Shown here: piece after piece, positions 38,993 through 49,133 of the stretch
Numbering within the stretch: position 1 is the first letter of the stretch
Layout: the number at the start of each line of letters is the position of its first letter
Source of the DNA: Escherichia phage vB_EcoM_Goslar
Sequence record: NC_048170.1
Reading direction: 5' to 3' (one strand)
Length of the DNA: 64,000 nucleotides
Notes under the pieces: generated by a model
What the model saw: the letters and a program-made list of their open reading frames with translations, nothing else
Told to the model about the DNA's origin: nothing
Database searches by the model: none
Made by a program: the position numbers and the translations under genes

Positions 38993-40246
38993 TCACTTCG
39001 GAAGCTTAGAGGCCGCCATGCTTCGCGCCTTCGCAACGTCATACGCATCCATGATTGCATCACCGATAGCGGTATGACGGATCAACGGAATACCCATATC
39101 TGGATACTCTTTGGTACCTAAGATGGATACCGGTTTGTCTTGATATGCGGCAATCATCGAACGGATATCCTGAACCTGGTTATAACGACAAACTGGCTTA
39201 AAGCCTGCTTTACGGAACCAATGCTCTAATTGAGGCCAATCTGTTTCACCGCGAGCAAGATAATAGAAGGTATCCTTACCGTAGTAATCAGTAAACACTT
39301 CACGAATTGTGTTAATAAACTCGTTTACTTCGGCGATGGCTTCTTTATAATCCATCACTTTACTATGTTGAAAACAATAGTCACGCGCTTCCTTCGGTGC
39401 TTTGGTTTGCCACCATTCTACCGTTGATTCACTGATACGACCACCGTCGGCGATTTGACCGTGAACGTCAGGGAAGATATCTATACGTGGACCGTTAGCG
39501 ATGGATTCCGGATTAGCTAGATCAAAGAACACAATACCGATTTCCAGCAGTACCCCGTTCTTTTCCAGACTGAGATTCTCAACATCCAGACAAAAAGCGG
39601 GTTTCTCTACCGTTGAAAGATCAAAACGTCCCTCATATCGTGGTGCTGGCTCGGCACCAAGGAACGTCTCTCGGATGAACTGGGAGAATGTTATATTCTC
39701 TGCTACTAAATCAATACCCAATTTACTTAACAAAGGTATAAGTTCACGATCGTTCTGCTGAATTAGCAACATTACTTGGTCGTTGACACAACAACTAATT
39801 GAGTAAAAGAGATGAACGATATCTAACGGTTTGTACGGAGCCTCAAAAATATGTGTCTGGAACGATTGGGCTAGCGCCTTATGCGTTTCTTCACGATGAT
39901 TCATCAGTTGGAAAATAGCACAGCGCAGATAATGTCGAAGTGTTATCTCGTGAAGATGCGACGTATCTTCTTGAAATAACGTCATGAAACCGTGATACGT
40001 ATAATACTCTCCTCTTTTAATTTCTTCGTGGAGTTCTTTGTTCCCCTTTATTTCTTCTGGCGTTATCGGGTCGATCTGATCACGGATAATGTTGAGTAGA
40101 TCATCGCCGTGTACCTTAAACAGTTTTTCAACGTCAAGATTAGGTAATGTCGCAATCGCCGCGTACATTAATGTTTCTGCGGGATTAAGTTCTTTATTGT
40201 CGATTGTGGTGGTTAAAGCCATTTTATTATACCTCATCGAAATCAA
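38993..40246 (-). CDS. protein with C-terminal DEDDh-type 3'-5' exonuclease domain (DnaQ-like)
   Basis: Exo I-like FCLDVENLSL, Exo III-like IRHTAIGDAIMDAYD (H-x-A-x-x-D-A) in the C-terminal 200 aa. Confidence 0.55.
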   Translation of the reverse strand: MISMRYNKMALTTTIDNKELNPAETLMYAAIATLPNLDVEKLFKVHGDDLLNIIRDQIDPITPEEIKGNKELHEEIKRGEYYTYHGFMTLFQEDTSHLHEITLRHYLRCAIFQLMNHREETHKALAQSFQTHIFEAPYKPLDIVHLFYSISCCVNDQVMLLIQQNDRELIPLLSKLGIDLVAENITFSQFIRETFLGAEPAPRYEGRFDLSTVEKPAFCLDVENLSLEKNGVLLEIGIVFFDLANPESIANGPRIDIFPDVHGQIADGGRISESTVEWWQTKAPKEARDYCFQHSKVMDYKEAIAEVNEFINTIREVFTDYYGKDTFYYLARGETDWPQLEHWFRKAGFKPVCRYNQVQDIRSMIAAYQDKPVSILGTKEYPDMGIPLIRHTAIGDAIMDAYDVAKARSMAASKLPK

Positions 40247-40266
40247 ATTAGTTCAGTTCTGGTTTA

Positions 40267-40602
40267 TCATTCCGGTCTATCAGCAGTCAGACCAAGTCCA
40301 GTCAACATCACGTAGTCGTACCAAGCTTTTACTTTTGCTTTCGCCTCATCTAAACTGAATGCGTTGATGTGTGGAAACTCATCGTTGACTGGGAAAGGTA
40401 AATCGCAGTCGTAGCTTGTATAATCCTTCCAACCTTTCCACTCGATAGTTAGAGAACCAAAAACGGTCTCAGCGACAACATGGTTATAGCGACATTCTTC
40501 ACATGGCGAGCGCTCTTCCGACCAAACAAGCTCATGCTGCGCTAAAAGTTGTTGTATGACCGATAACGGTTGCTCTTCATTAAGTTCGATGCTGTCTATC
40601 AT
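40267..40602 (-). CDS. hypothetical protein (111 aa)
   Basis: ORF track. Confidence 0.4.
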   Translation of the reverse strand: MIDSIELNEEQPLSVIQQLLAQHELVWSEERSPCEECRYNHVVAETVFGSLTIEWKGWKDYTSYDCDLPFPVNDEFPHINAFSLDEAKAKVKAWYDYVMLTGLGLTADRPE

Positions 40603-41195
40603 CGCATACCCTCCTTTTCCTTATCGTAATCGCTGCAAATATTGACAAACGCAGTATTATCAGACAGCGTGGCGACCATCTGACGGATTGCGTCCAACGG
40701 TTCAAGTTTAGGATTGATTGATTCACCGGTCAACGCACTTATTGCTCGTGTGATCTCAACCAAATCGACGTTCGGGTCTTTGTCATCAATAATGAGTAAA
40801 CTCTTCGCCGGTTTCTGACGACGTTTGATAATTAACAGATACGTGATGAGATTCTCACGCCAAGCGTCAGAATCCAGATTGCGTATTACGGTTAACGCAC
40901 GACGTTCTTCCGCCCACGATGGTTTCTCACGGATAACAGGCATGTAAGATAACTGCTCAGCAAGCCCTTTCAAACTGACACGGTTGGTGCCACCGGGATG
41001 CTCACTAATCCGCAACATCTCGGCTAACAGACGGACATAGGCGGCTGTTGTCGAAACACCCCGCAGCGGCAGGAACACATTATGTCCTGGAACCCCATCG
41101 TGACTCAGCGGTGCGATATACGCCATGAATCGCCGAATATCATCATCGGTCTGTTCTCCAGCAACGAACTTAAACGCTTCACGTAAAACGCTCAC
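40599..41195 (-). CDS. hypothetical protein (198 aa)
   Basis: ORF track. Confidence 0.45.
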   Translation of the reverse strand: MSVLREAFKFVAGEQTDDDIRRFMAYIAPLSHDGVPGHNVFLPLRGVSTTAAYVRLLAEMLRISEHPGGTNRVSLKGLAEQLSYMPVIREKPSWAEERRALTVIRNLDSDAWRENLITYLLIIKRRQKPAKSLLIIDDKDPNVDLVEITRAISALTGESINPKLEPLDAIRQMVATLSDNTAFVNICSDYDKEKEGMR

Positions 41196-41481
41196 TATGA
41201 AGTCTCCTTAATGTTTCTTGCATACGTAGTCTCTTCGGCAGAAATAGACGTTTGTATAGATCAATTAACAGATAACGCATAACAGAAGCGACCACCAGGT
41301 ATTCACCTTCAGCTTCCGAATAACGTATCATGTTAATTGGGTAATTCAAATAAGAATAAGAAAAGAGATCATCGTTGGTAAGGTGATGATCTTCAAGATA
41401 CTGACGAAACAATTTTGCTAAGGCATCGTACTCCATTCCGTAGTAACACAACGACACCTGTCTTGCAGATAGTCGTTTCAT
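41179..41481 (-). CDS. hypothetical protein (100 aa)
   Basis: ORF track. Confidence 0.4.
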   Translation of the reverse strand: MKRLSARQVSLCYYGMEYDALAKLFRQYLEDHHLTNDDLFSYSYLNYPINMIRYSEAEGEYLVVASVMRYLLIDLYKRLFLPKRLRMQETLRRLHSERFT

Positions 41482-42320
41482 GCTGGGTTACCTTTTAGTT
41501 TTCCACGTATCATGTCGACAACGCGTGAGGGATCAGAAATAACACTGGCGATAAGATGATCGATAGGTAGGTCGAGAATGATATTCTTCAGCTGGAAAGC
41601 CGTATCTTTACGGCGCACGCCGTAGAACACGCCATCTTTAAACACAACCTCGTACGAAATGGGGAGCTGGCTAATAACCGTGTTAGCGTAATCACCCAAC
41701 CACATCGACCCCGCCATCAGATGCGCACAAACCGCATGACTAATACGCACATCTTTGTTCTTCCGGCTAACGTCTTTGGTTTTCGACATGGTAACCAGAA
41801 GCTCACCGATCTTACTCAGCATATCGTCGTATACCCCAAAGAACTTAATCAGTTGTCGGGCACCTAACGATATATATGTTTCTCGTGGTAAGACACAACA
41901 CACCTGCGGTAACGTTCCAACCCCATAGACACAACTGTGTGGTGATAATGGAAGCAAATCAGCAACCGCGTTCTTGATGTTGTTATACTCAACGATATCG
42001 TTGAACGGCGAAAGACCTTTCGTAATCGGTTTATCAATCGCCACATCGAACTCCGCGAACGTCCATGCTGCTTTACGTGGTTCCCCTTTCTGGTACGGTG
42101 GAGCCAGCACCGCGACAACACGAAGTCGATGTTCATGGGTATCACGTAGCTTAAGTTGGATACCCTCACCGTCACCCACACGCACAAGTGAGTAGCGGCT
42201 TGCGCAGTCATCACATACCACCGTTGGTTCGTGTTGACCGTATGCTGCAAGCATCGGTTTACTAAGATCTTTATCGCAGTGTTTACAGCGATGATCCTGT
42301 TCCTGATAACTGATTTTCAC
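41478..42320 (-). CDS. zinc-ribbon-containing protein (280 aa)
   Basis: N-terminal CKHCDK...VVCDDCASRY Cys pairs. Confidence 0.45.
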   Translation of the reverse strand: MKISYQEQDHRCKHCDKDLSKPMLAAYGQHEPTVVCDDCASRYSLVRVGDGEGIQLKLRDTHEHRLRVVAVLAPPYQKGEPRKAAWTFAEFDVAIDKPITKGLSPFNDIVEYNNIKNAVADLLPLSPHSCVYGVGTLPQVCCVLPRETYISLGARQLIKFFGVYDDMLSKIGELLVTMSKTKDVSRKNKDVRISHAVCAHLMAGSMWLGDYANTVISQLPISYEVVFKDGVFYGVRRKDTAFQLKNIILDLPIDHLIASVISDPSRVVDMIRGKLKGNPA

Positions 42321-42335
42321 ACCGAGACCCCTTTG

Positions 42336-43292
42336 TTAATGCAAGACACGATCTGCTGGAATTATCGAGGCATTGCTGTCGGACAGATTCGTCGCTTTAC
42401 GATCAGGACTGAATCGACGAGCGTTCTCTTCATGGTAGTTGACGGGGTTATCCTGTTTTAACAGTTCCATTGCCTCATCAAACGTTAGTTCCCGAAATCC
42501 TCTTGGATAGAGGAACAGGGGTTCATCAACATCCAACCCTTTAACAAACCCGTGCGACAACCAGACGCTACCATCAGCACTGTAAAGAACCGGCTCAACG
42601 TCATAATCCAAGACGTATTGATACCAATAATTAAACAGTTGGGCAATCCACCGATTACGTAATAAGTAATCGATCATAACCGCACTACGCACGCTGTGGC
42701 ACCAGCCGATCTTGCCATCAACTTTCTGCAACAACGTACCCTCATTTGCTTGATGAATAACCGCATTAAATAACCACGCGAGATCGGTTGCGAAAAGTGC
42801 GGCTTCTTGAATATCGCTAATGTAACGCACGGGTATCGTCAAATGTGTACGGTAATGCGACATCGCCTCTTCGTAGTTGTCTCCTTCGATGCAGAGAGTC
42901 CCGTTTGGTGACAGATGCCCCTGATTCAACGACTGACCAATATAAAGATCAGCGATCGCGTTAATATATTCGACGGTGCCCAAGGTTAACTCAGACATAA
43001 AACAATCGACATCAACAGCCATCGATGTACTGGAAACAAACGGATTGGTTGGGTGAGTTGTATTAGAGAAAATAATCGACCAAACCGCTTCATGTTTTTC
43101 ATCCGACGGCAAAAACGAAATATGGCGTTCTGCGCTATTATCGACAACAAATACCTTTACGGTTTTCAAACAGCTAGTACAAACATAGCACGTGTTCGGC
43201 AACGGCATATCCGAAAACATATCGTAACGAATCGATGCCAGCGAAATGTCATATCCGCAATGAGGGCATGTCGTATCAATAAGCGTTTTCAT
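42336..43292 (-). CDS. zinc-ribbon-containing protein (318 aa)
   Basis: N-terminal CPHCGY...CYVCTSC Cys pairs. Confidence 0.45.
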   Translation of the reverse strand: MKTLIDTTCPHCGYDISLASIRYDMFSDMPLPNTCYVCTSCLKTVKVFVVDNSAERHISFLPSDEKHEAVWSIIFSNTTHPTNPFVSSTSMAVDVDCFMSELTLGTVEYINAIADLYIGQSLNQGHLSPNGTLCIEGDNYEEAMSHYRTHLTIPVRYISDIQEAALFATDLAWLFNAVIHQANEGTLLQKVDGKIGWCHSVRSAVMIDYLLRNRWIAQLFNYWYQYVLDYDVEPVLYSADGSVWLSHGFVKGLDVDEPLFLYPRGFRELTFDEAMELLKQDNPVNYHEENARRFSPDRKATNLSDSNASIIPADRVLH

Positions 43293-43555
43293 TATTGAAT
43301 TCCTTTTGATAAGAATAACTGAATATCGGTAAACTGTTCTTCAGGAACATCGTCAGCGGCCGTTAGAACCTTAGGACCGTGTTCATTGAGGTAAGCTTCC
43401 CGTAGACAATGGTGACGTCGATTGGCCTCCTGGAACTCAGTGTCCGTCATGTAAACCAGCGTAAACTTCGAACGTTTATTCGGATTATATCTCTTATTAC
43501 GTTTCTTTGGTTTCTTCGCCATAATAGCCTCGTGAAGGTGGATGGATACACCCAT
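43292..43555 (-). CDS. hypothetical protein (87 aa)
   Basis: ORF track. Confidence 0.4.
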   Translation of the reverse strand: MGVSIHLHEAIMAKKPKKRNKRYNPNKRSKFTLVYMTDTEFQEANRRHHCLREAYLNEHGPKVLTAADDVPEEQFTDIQLFLSKGIQ

Positions 43556-43570
43556 CCACCTTCCTCCATG

Positions 43571-44092
43571 TTAAAGTGCGTTCAATTCTTCAGGTGTACG
43601 TACAGTACGCGTGTTGGGATCAACCATTGCTGGCACGCCCGCTGGGCATTTACGGACATCGATTCGCATCTCTGGTTCGATCGGACGAACGCGATAAGTT
43701 TTACCGTCGTCGGTTAACACCGAAATGGTCAACGCCTGATTCAATTCACTAACGAAGTTCACCAAACGCTGTTGTCCACCCTTCGACCAGAAGTTAAGAT
43801 CGGTTTCTCCATTGAAATAACTGATTCCATCAGCGGTTCCAATCGTGATTTTAACGATACCCGGATAGTCACGAAGAAGAGGTGCCTGATAACCTTCATC
43901 TTCCGTATCCAGTTTTACCCACGCGCCTCCCGTAGACAAACAGTTAACTTCCAGGGCGGTTGGTGCGCTGACTTCCGCCGATGACCAGGTATACATCGTG
44001 CCCAGTTTAGCGTGTCCGGTTTCCAGTTCGCTATAATCCCAAGCATGTGCTGATGCCGTAATAAATAAAGCCGCAAGAAACAACTTTTTCAT
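43571..44092 (-). CDS. secreted protein (173 aa, signal peptide)
   Basis: MKKLFLAALFITASAHA-WDYS. Confidence 0.5.
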   Translation of the reverse strand: MKKLFLAALFITASAHAWDYSELETGHAKLGTMYTWSSAEVSAPTALEVNCLSTGGAWVKLDTEDEGYQAPLLRDYPGIVKITIGTADGISYFNGETDLNFWSKGGQQRLVNFVSELNQALTISVLTDDGKTYRVRPIEPEMRIDVRKCPAGVPAMVDPNTRTVRTPEELNAL

Positions 44093-44147
44093 TCTTTTCG
44101 ATTCCTATTAAAAGTGACCGATTTCTGTGGTCGAGATTGCTAATAAA

Positions 44148-44609
44148 TTAATTCCGGTTTTGTTTCCGTATTGCACGGTTACGTTTACGTTCTTGGTCTT
44201 TGATGGCACCAAGAAACTTCTTTAATTCTGACGGTTCGAGCGTACCCTCACGTACCACACCGTTTTGTTCGATATGGTACGACCAATAACCAACTTCAGC
44301 CGTTAAGGATAACGTTGTCGGCTGCTCATCGGGTAACGATCTGGGTGAGAAAATAAAGAGTAATTCAAAAGGCGTTTCTCGGCTGATGGTGGGACGGATA
44401 CTAACGTCAAGCCCCTCCCATCGCTGAGGTTTAAATATTCCTCCAGCCGCGACGATTGTCTCCGAGCGTTGTTCTACAAGCTCGGCTAATTCACGATCGT
44501 CATTGAAATAAATATCGTGAAGGATATCCGTATCGATAAAAAACCCGCGATCCGAATCGTGACGAACAATGGAATTCTTCATTCTAACGCCTTTGTTGTT
44601 TGTTTTCAT
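44148..44609 (-). CDS. hypothetical protein (153 aa)
   Basis: ORF track. Confidence 0.4.
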   Translation of the reverse strand: MKTNNKGVRMKNSIVRHDSDRGFFIDTDILHDIYFNDDRELAELVEQRSETIVAAGGIFKPQRWEGLDVSIRPTISRETPFELLFIFSPRSLPDEQPTTLSLTAEVGYWSYHIEQNGVVREGTLEPSELKKFLGAIKDQERKRNRAIRKQNRN

Positions 44610-44656
44610 GTCCTATACGAACATGAAAAACCGTTAATTTTTACCATAGTCGTGTG

Positions 44657-44932
44657 TTAAAAATCCACACCGCGACCCGTCATCGACGAAGGAACCGCGC
44701 GATAATAGAAGTAGATGTAATGGTCACGATGGCTAAAATAGTTTTTGCAAGCATAGAACTCTCCAGATCCAATGAATGATTTAATACGTGTAACTTGAGG
44801 GTGTCGTGCGATTAACGCCCGTATAACGATTTCCATTTGGTGTGCGCTCAAGCCTGGTCGAGCGGCAACATGATAATGAAGCTCCCTAAGAAATTGTTTC
44901 CATGGGTCGGGGTGTGTCGATGATCGAGACAT
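44657..44932 (-). CDS. hypothetical protein (91 aa)
   Basis: ORF track. Confidence 0.4.
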   Translation of the reverse strand: MSRSSTHPDPWKQFLRELHYHVAARPGLSAHQMEIVIRALIARHPQVTRIKSFIGSGEFYACKNYFSHRDHYIYFYYRAVPSSMTGRGVDF

Positions 44933-44961
44933 CTTTATCTCCTTAACAGGTGCTGGTAACG

Positions 44962-44988
44962 CAGCATAAACCCTCCCCGAAGGGAGGG
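44962..44988 (-). terminator. terminator-like hairpin CCCTCCC-(UUCG loop)-GGGAGGG followed by UUUAUG on minus strand
   Basis: Inverted repeat 44971..44988 immediately downstream of 44999..45556. Confidence 0.55.
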
Positions 44989-44998
44989 CGGTTGGCGA

Positions 44999-45556
44999 TT
45001 ACTCCATCCATACTTCTTCGTCGTAATGATTCTCTATCGCATTACGCCAAAAACGCACGGTGTCCAAACTAATCGGTGCGTAAAAATGTTGGTCAACGCC
45101 AACGTTAAGTCCGTTGGCCTTCGCTAACATACAGCGATGAATATGCCCGAATAGATTAAAGTAACCTGGGTTTCTTTCGCTGGGCTTATGGCATAGCCAG
45201 TAGGATTCGTCATTGCTAATCGGCAACACCAACGGGTGTTCATAAACAGCAGCAAACCCCATACCGAGCAGTTTATCACGCCACGCTTCGAAGCTTAATC
45301 CTGTCGCTTTGTATGCGTCTTCGTCCCAATTCCCCATTACCAATTGAACCTGGATATCAGAACGAATGGCTTCCACGAACTCAAACTTACCCCAATCACC
45401 TAAATGCCATAACACACTGTTCTTTGGAAGCTTGTTGATGGCTTTCAGCATATGCTGGTTCATATCGGCGACGCTTGCGAACGGACGGCGTGAATACGTC
45501 CATGTACGCTCGCTATCAAAATGGGTATCCGACATAAAGAAGATGGGTGGGGTCAT
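44999..45556 (-). CDS. metallophosphoesterase (calcineurin-like phosphatase family)
   Basis: Ordered motifs SDTHF (D-x-H), GDWG, GNWDE, GHIH. Confidence 0.75.
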   Translation of the reverse strand: MTPPIFFMSDTHFDSERTWTYSRRPFASVADMNQHMLKAINKLPKNSVLWHLGDWGKFEFVEAIRSDIQVQLVMGNWDEDAYKATGLSFEAWRDKLLGMGFAAVYEHPLVLPISNDESYWLCHKPSERNPGYFNLFGHIHRCMLAKANGLNVGVDQHFYAPISLDTVRFWRNAIENHYDEEVWME

Positions 45557-46035
45557 TGATCTAATTGCTCCAGAAATGCACGACCCGATTTACTTGCTTT
45601 TAAATGCTGTTCTGCGGAAGTAAGCAGAAGATCGGTTGGCGTGTATGCAGCGCTACCTTTCCACTCTGTTTTCAGTTTACCCTCTTCGATACTGAACTGA
45701 ATCAGTTGTTGGGTGCCGAAGTTAAGCGTGTTCGTCGCAGCGCTAAATACACCACCCATCATGCTGTAACCAAAGACTTTCACGTCTTCCGTGTAGAAGT
45801 CATTGTCGATCAATTTGTTCTGGAGTTCGAGTTGGTCGGACGGCAGCAATCCCCCATCAAAGACGCTTAAAATACCCGCCAGGCGATACATACTCACCTT
45901 TCCTGAAACGCCCACCACGTAATTGCCGTACAGTGTCTCTTCCAGTTTAGCAACAACGGTGCGATCGTCGGAGGTTTTCATCGAAACCTCAATACCATCA
46001 CCAACTTCTGTTAACGTTAAATCAACGATACTCAT
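45553..46035 (-). CDS. hypothetical protein (160 aa)
   Basis: ORF track; 4-nt overlap with phosphoesterase start. Confidence 0.45.
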   Translation of the reverse strand: MSIVDLTLTEVGDGIEVSMKTSDDRTVVAKLEETLYGNYVVGVSGKVSMYRLAGILSVFDGGLLPSDQLELQNKLIDNDFYTEDVKVFGYSMMGGVFSAATNTLNFGTQQLIQFSIEEGKLKTEWKGSAAYTPTDLLLTSAEQHLKASKSGRAFLEQLDQ

Positions 46036-46057
46036 TCATTATTCTCCGCTTTCATGA

Positions 46058-46744
46058 TTAACACATGATTTCACCATGTTTCTTTTCAACATACGTATAA
46101 ACGTCATCCAAATAAGCAATGAGTTTATCACGATCCGCACAGAGCGATTTAATCACCGCAATCTCTTTCATATAAAGCTGCTGACCTAACGCCGGATATG
46201 TAATCCACGCGTAGCCGTCAGGCGCAAATTTAGAAATAAGATAATCAGCGGTTTCCTGTAATGCGAACTCTTTACTCATCTGGCCGTAACGATGTTCGAT
46301 TGCGCGGATACCAAAACGTTCGCTATCGAGACGGCCCATATCTGCCAGACGAAGCACCTGAGAAGCAACCGAACTACGTGGACCAGAGTACGAGGCACGA
46401 TGTTCAGCAATAAGTACGCGTATCTCCTCGATGTCCTCCGGTGTGAAAATATGCTGCTCGTTACGAAGCAGGATAACCGACGCACGAATACCCCCGATAA
46501 GGTGGTGGTATGTTCTGTTTTCGTGGCAAGCGATATCATGCATAAAAGCAGCGGTTAATAGACGACGACGTTCCGTGGGTCTGATGATCCCAACCACATC
46601 AGCAAGTTCATTTGCCAGTTCAACAACAGCAAGCACATGTTCTTCTTGATGTGCAAGATCGTTCTTCCGAATATTTTCAATTACTTCGGTGCGTGTTTCC
46701 GGAGATAAGAAATTTAAACAATCCAACGAATATAAAGATTTCAT
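46058..46744 (-). CDS. HD-domain phosphohydrolase-like protein
   Basis: LAHQEEHVLAVVELANE ... AAFMHDIACHE (H...H...HD pattern). Confidence 0.55.
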   Translation of the reverse strand: MKSLYSLDCLNFLSPETRTEVIENIRKNDLAHQEEHVLAVVELANELADVVGIIRPTERRRLLTAAFMHDIACHENRTYHHLIGGIRASVILLRNEQHIFTPEDIEEIRVLIAEHRASYSGPRSSVASQVLRLADMGRLDSERFGIRAIEHRYGQMSKEFALQETADYLISKFAPDGYAWITYPALGQQLYMKEIAVIKSLCADRDKLIAYLDDVYTYVEKKHGEIMC

Positions 46745-46785
46745 CGCACGTACCTCTTTGAATCTATTAATAAATTTTCTTTACT

Positions 46786-46809
46786 CACGTAAGTAATATA
46801 GCCGTGAAA
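46786..46809 (-). promoter_or_regulatory. conserved 20-nt intergenic motif (copy 2), candidate promoter element
   Basis: taagtaatatagccgtgaaa at 46790..46809, identical to 17787..17806; about 45 nt upstream of start of 46058..46744. Confidence 0.35.
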
Positions 46810-46888
46810 GGATTTGTGTTGGTCCGTCTCGATGCCCATCGTATTTTATGGATTGTCGAATGACGTCATTTTAAGGGACATCCCCGGC

Positions 46889-46923
46889 CTCCTCCCCAGG
46901 AAAGGTGTGGGGAGGAGTTTTTA
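46889..46923 (+). promoter_or_regulatory. terminator-like hairpin plus T5 run on plus strand, upstream of helicase gene (possible attenuator or boundary element)
   Basis: ctcctcccc-aggaaaggtgt-ggggaggag followed by ttttt; lies in divergent intergenic region. Confidence 0.4.
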
Positions 46924-46952
46924 TCATACATTCTATTAAATCGAGCGCGATT

Positions 46953-49034
46953 ATGTTGGATAGAATCAATCGTTTAATGAACCGAATAACGGTTAAAAAT
47001 CAGAGTAACAATAGCGTGCATATCGGGGGTATCGATGCCTGGCGTCTTTCAGATGACATTCAGCGAATATGGGGTACCTCCCGATTTATGAAACATATGT
47101 TTCGTAATTTCTCTTCTAGTGGACTCAGTCTCCACAACTTTTACCTTCTCGATTTCGTTTATATTCTCGAAACGATCGTCGAAGCAAAGAATACCCGCAG
47201 TAATAAACGCATGCTGAAACACCTTATTGAGGTACTGCTGCAGGAAACCTGGTTGCAAAATACCACAATCGAGCAACCTGCAATCCTCGATAAAGCACGC
47301 ATGAACAAAATGCTAACGCTCTCCCTGTTCGATTATCAAGATGAGTTTATCGACATCTATAACCGTAACGTACCTAAATATCGACTGAAAGGATACGTGT
47401 GTGCGATGGGTGCGGGTGCTGGTAAAACAATCACCGCATTGGCTTTAAGCGCCGCAATGAACGTCGACGTATTTGTGGTCTGCTGTCCTAAGAACACCAT
47501 GCGTTCAGCATGGCAATCCGATGTAAACAAAGCCATCGTTGACCTCGCGACAGAAACCGCATTCTGGTCAGATACAATGCCACCATCACAGCTGCAGAAA
47601 AGCGATAAGTATTATTTTCTGCATTACGAGTCGATGGGTTTATTAAACGATGTAATGATCAAGCATAAACGCACCGCGAAGCGCGTGTTGATCGTGGTTG
47701 ATGAAAGCCATAACTTCAACGACAAGAACAGCCAACGTTCCCAACGACTGGTTGATCTCGTACAGACGATGCGTCAGACCATGAATGCGGATGTGCATGT
47801 CTTGTTTATGTCGGGTACGCCCGTTAAACAGATGGGTTCTGAGATGATCCCCTGTTTAGGTTGTATCGATCCGATGTTCCAAGGACAAGTGGTCGATAGC
47901 TTCAAAGCAATTTACGGTTTAACCAGCAGTCGCGCTAACGATATCCTCAGACATCGTCTTGGGTTCATGATGCATGTCGTACCTAAAGAGGCTTACCGTA
48001 AAACCCGTCCGGAAGTTCAGGATGTTTACGTGAAGCTTCCTAATGGTAGCGATTATACCATCTCGAGTATCCGCGACGACATGGCGATATTTGTACGCGA
48101 TCGGGCGAAGTATTACAAGGATAACTGGGGGCATTACAGAAAGATTTTTGATGACGCCTTGGACTACTATCGCAAGACTATTCGTACCGATGGTGAACGT
48201 AAAGAGCTATCTCGATACGAATCGATTGTTGCTCGTTTCCAGAAAGGTTACGACCCCGTCAGAGACAAAGAAGATGCGATGTTCTGCAACGTGTTTGAAA
48301 AACGAGCGATCATGCCGGTTCTTCCTTCTGATTTAAGGGTTGCTTTCAAAGACGCCAAGAGCGTCATCAAGTACGTTGGGTTGAAAATTCAGGGTGAAGC
48401 GTTGGCGCGTGTTCTAGGTGCAGCCCGCATTCGGTGTCATGTCGACATGGTGGAGTACATCGACTTCGAAGGGTACATCAACAACGCTGAAGCCAAGGTG
48501 TTGATCTTCACGTCGTACGTTCAGGTGGTTGAGCGCGTCGACAACATGCTTCGTGATGCGGGTTTCTTACCTGAACCCATTTACGGGAAGACCAACAAAA
48601 ACATCAACCAGATACTTGCTCGTCTACGCGATGATCCTGACAGCGGTCCCGCTATCGCAACATTTGATAGCTTAGCTGAAGGGGTTCCGATGCTGATGTG
48701 TAACGTCGGCCTTTTCCTGAACAATCCATGGCGCTCATCCGATGAAATCCAAGCCATCAGCCGTCTCGACCGTGTCGGGCAAACGCAGCCTGTTCGGATT
48801 TATCGTTTCATGTTGGATACAGGAAGCGAGGGTAACGTTTCTACACGTAGCCACGAAATCATGGAGTTAAGTCGACAGCTTGTTGAAGAAATCACGGGTG
48901 TCAAATATGTAGTGAACAAGCAAGACGATGTTAACTTGCAAGAAACGTTGGCGATGGAAGGATACGATCAATACGTTACCGTAAACACCACGGAATACGA
49001 TATTAAACCGCGACCTGCATTCTTGGAATGGTGA
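46953..49034 (+). CDS. SNF2-like superfamily II helicase/ATPase
   Basis: Walker A GAGAGKT, DESH box IVVDESHNF, SGTP motif, motif VI QAISRLDRVGQTQPVRIYRF; start placed at ATG 46953 (ORF track start 46905 is GTG inside hairpin). Confidence 0.75.
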   Translation: MLDRINRLMNRITVKNQSNNSVHIGGIDAWRLSDDIQRIWGTSRFMKHMFRNFSSSGLSLHNFYLLDFVYILETIVEAKNTRSNKRMLKHLIEVLLQETWLQNTTIEQPAILDKARMNKMLTLSLFDYQDEFIDIYNRNVPKYRLKGYVCAMGAGAGKTITALALSAAMNVDVFVVCCPKNTMRSAWQSDVNKAIVDLATETAFWSDTMPPSQLQKSDKYYFLHYESMGLLNDVMIKHKRTAKRVLIVVDESHNFNDKNSQRSQRLVDLVQTMRQTMNADVHVLFMSGTPVKQMGSEMIPCLGCIDPMFQGQVVDSFKAIYGLTSSRANDILRHRLGFMMHVVPKEAYRKTRPEVQDVYVKLPNGSDYTISSIRDDMAIFVRDRAKYYKDNWGHYRKIFDDALDYYRKTIRTDGERKELSRYESIVARFQKGYDPVRDKEDAMFCNVFEKRAIMPVLPSDLRVAFKDAKSVIKYVGLKIQGEALARVLGAARIRCHVDMVEYIDFEGYINNAEAKVLIFTSYVQVVERVDNMLRDAGFLPEPIYGKTNKNINQILARLRDDPDSGPAIATFDSLAEGVPMLMCNVGLFLNNPWRSSDEIQAISRLDRVGQTQPVRIYRFMLDTGSEGNVSTRSHEIMELSRQLVEEITGVKYVVNKQDDVNLQETLAMEGYDQYVTVNTTEYDIKPRPAFLEW

Positions 49035-49133
49035 TTAAGAAGCTCTGCCTGACATCAGGCAGAGCTTCATGCTGTATTTGTTGCAAGATCGTATGACGTA
49101 TATGCGTCGTACTTATTTAATAGGACAGAATAA

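Noticed and set aside
46905-46952. ORF-track start of the helicase gene at 46905
   Set aside because: The first codon is GTG inside the stem of the 46889..46923 hairpin; the ATG at 46953 is a more plausible start
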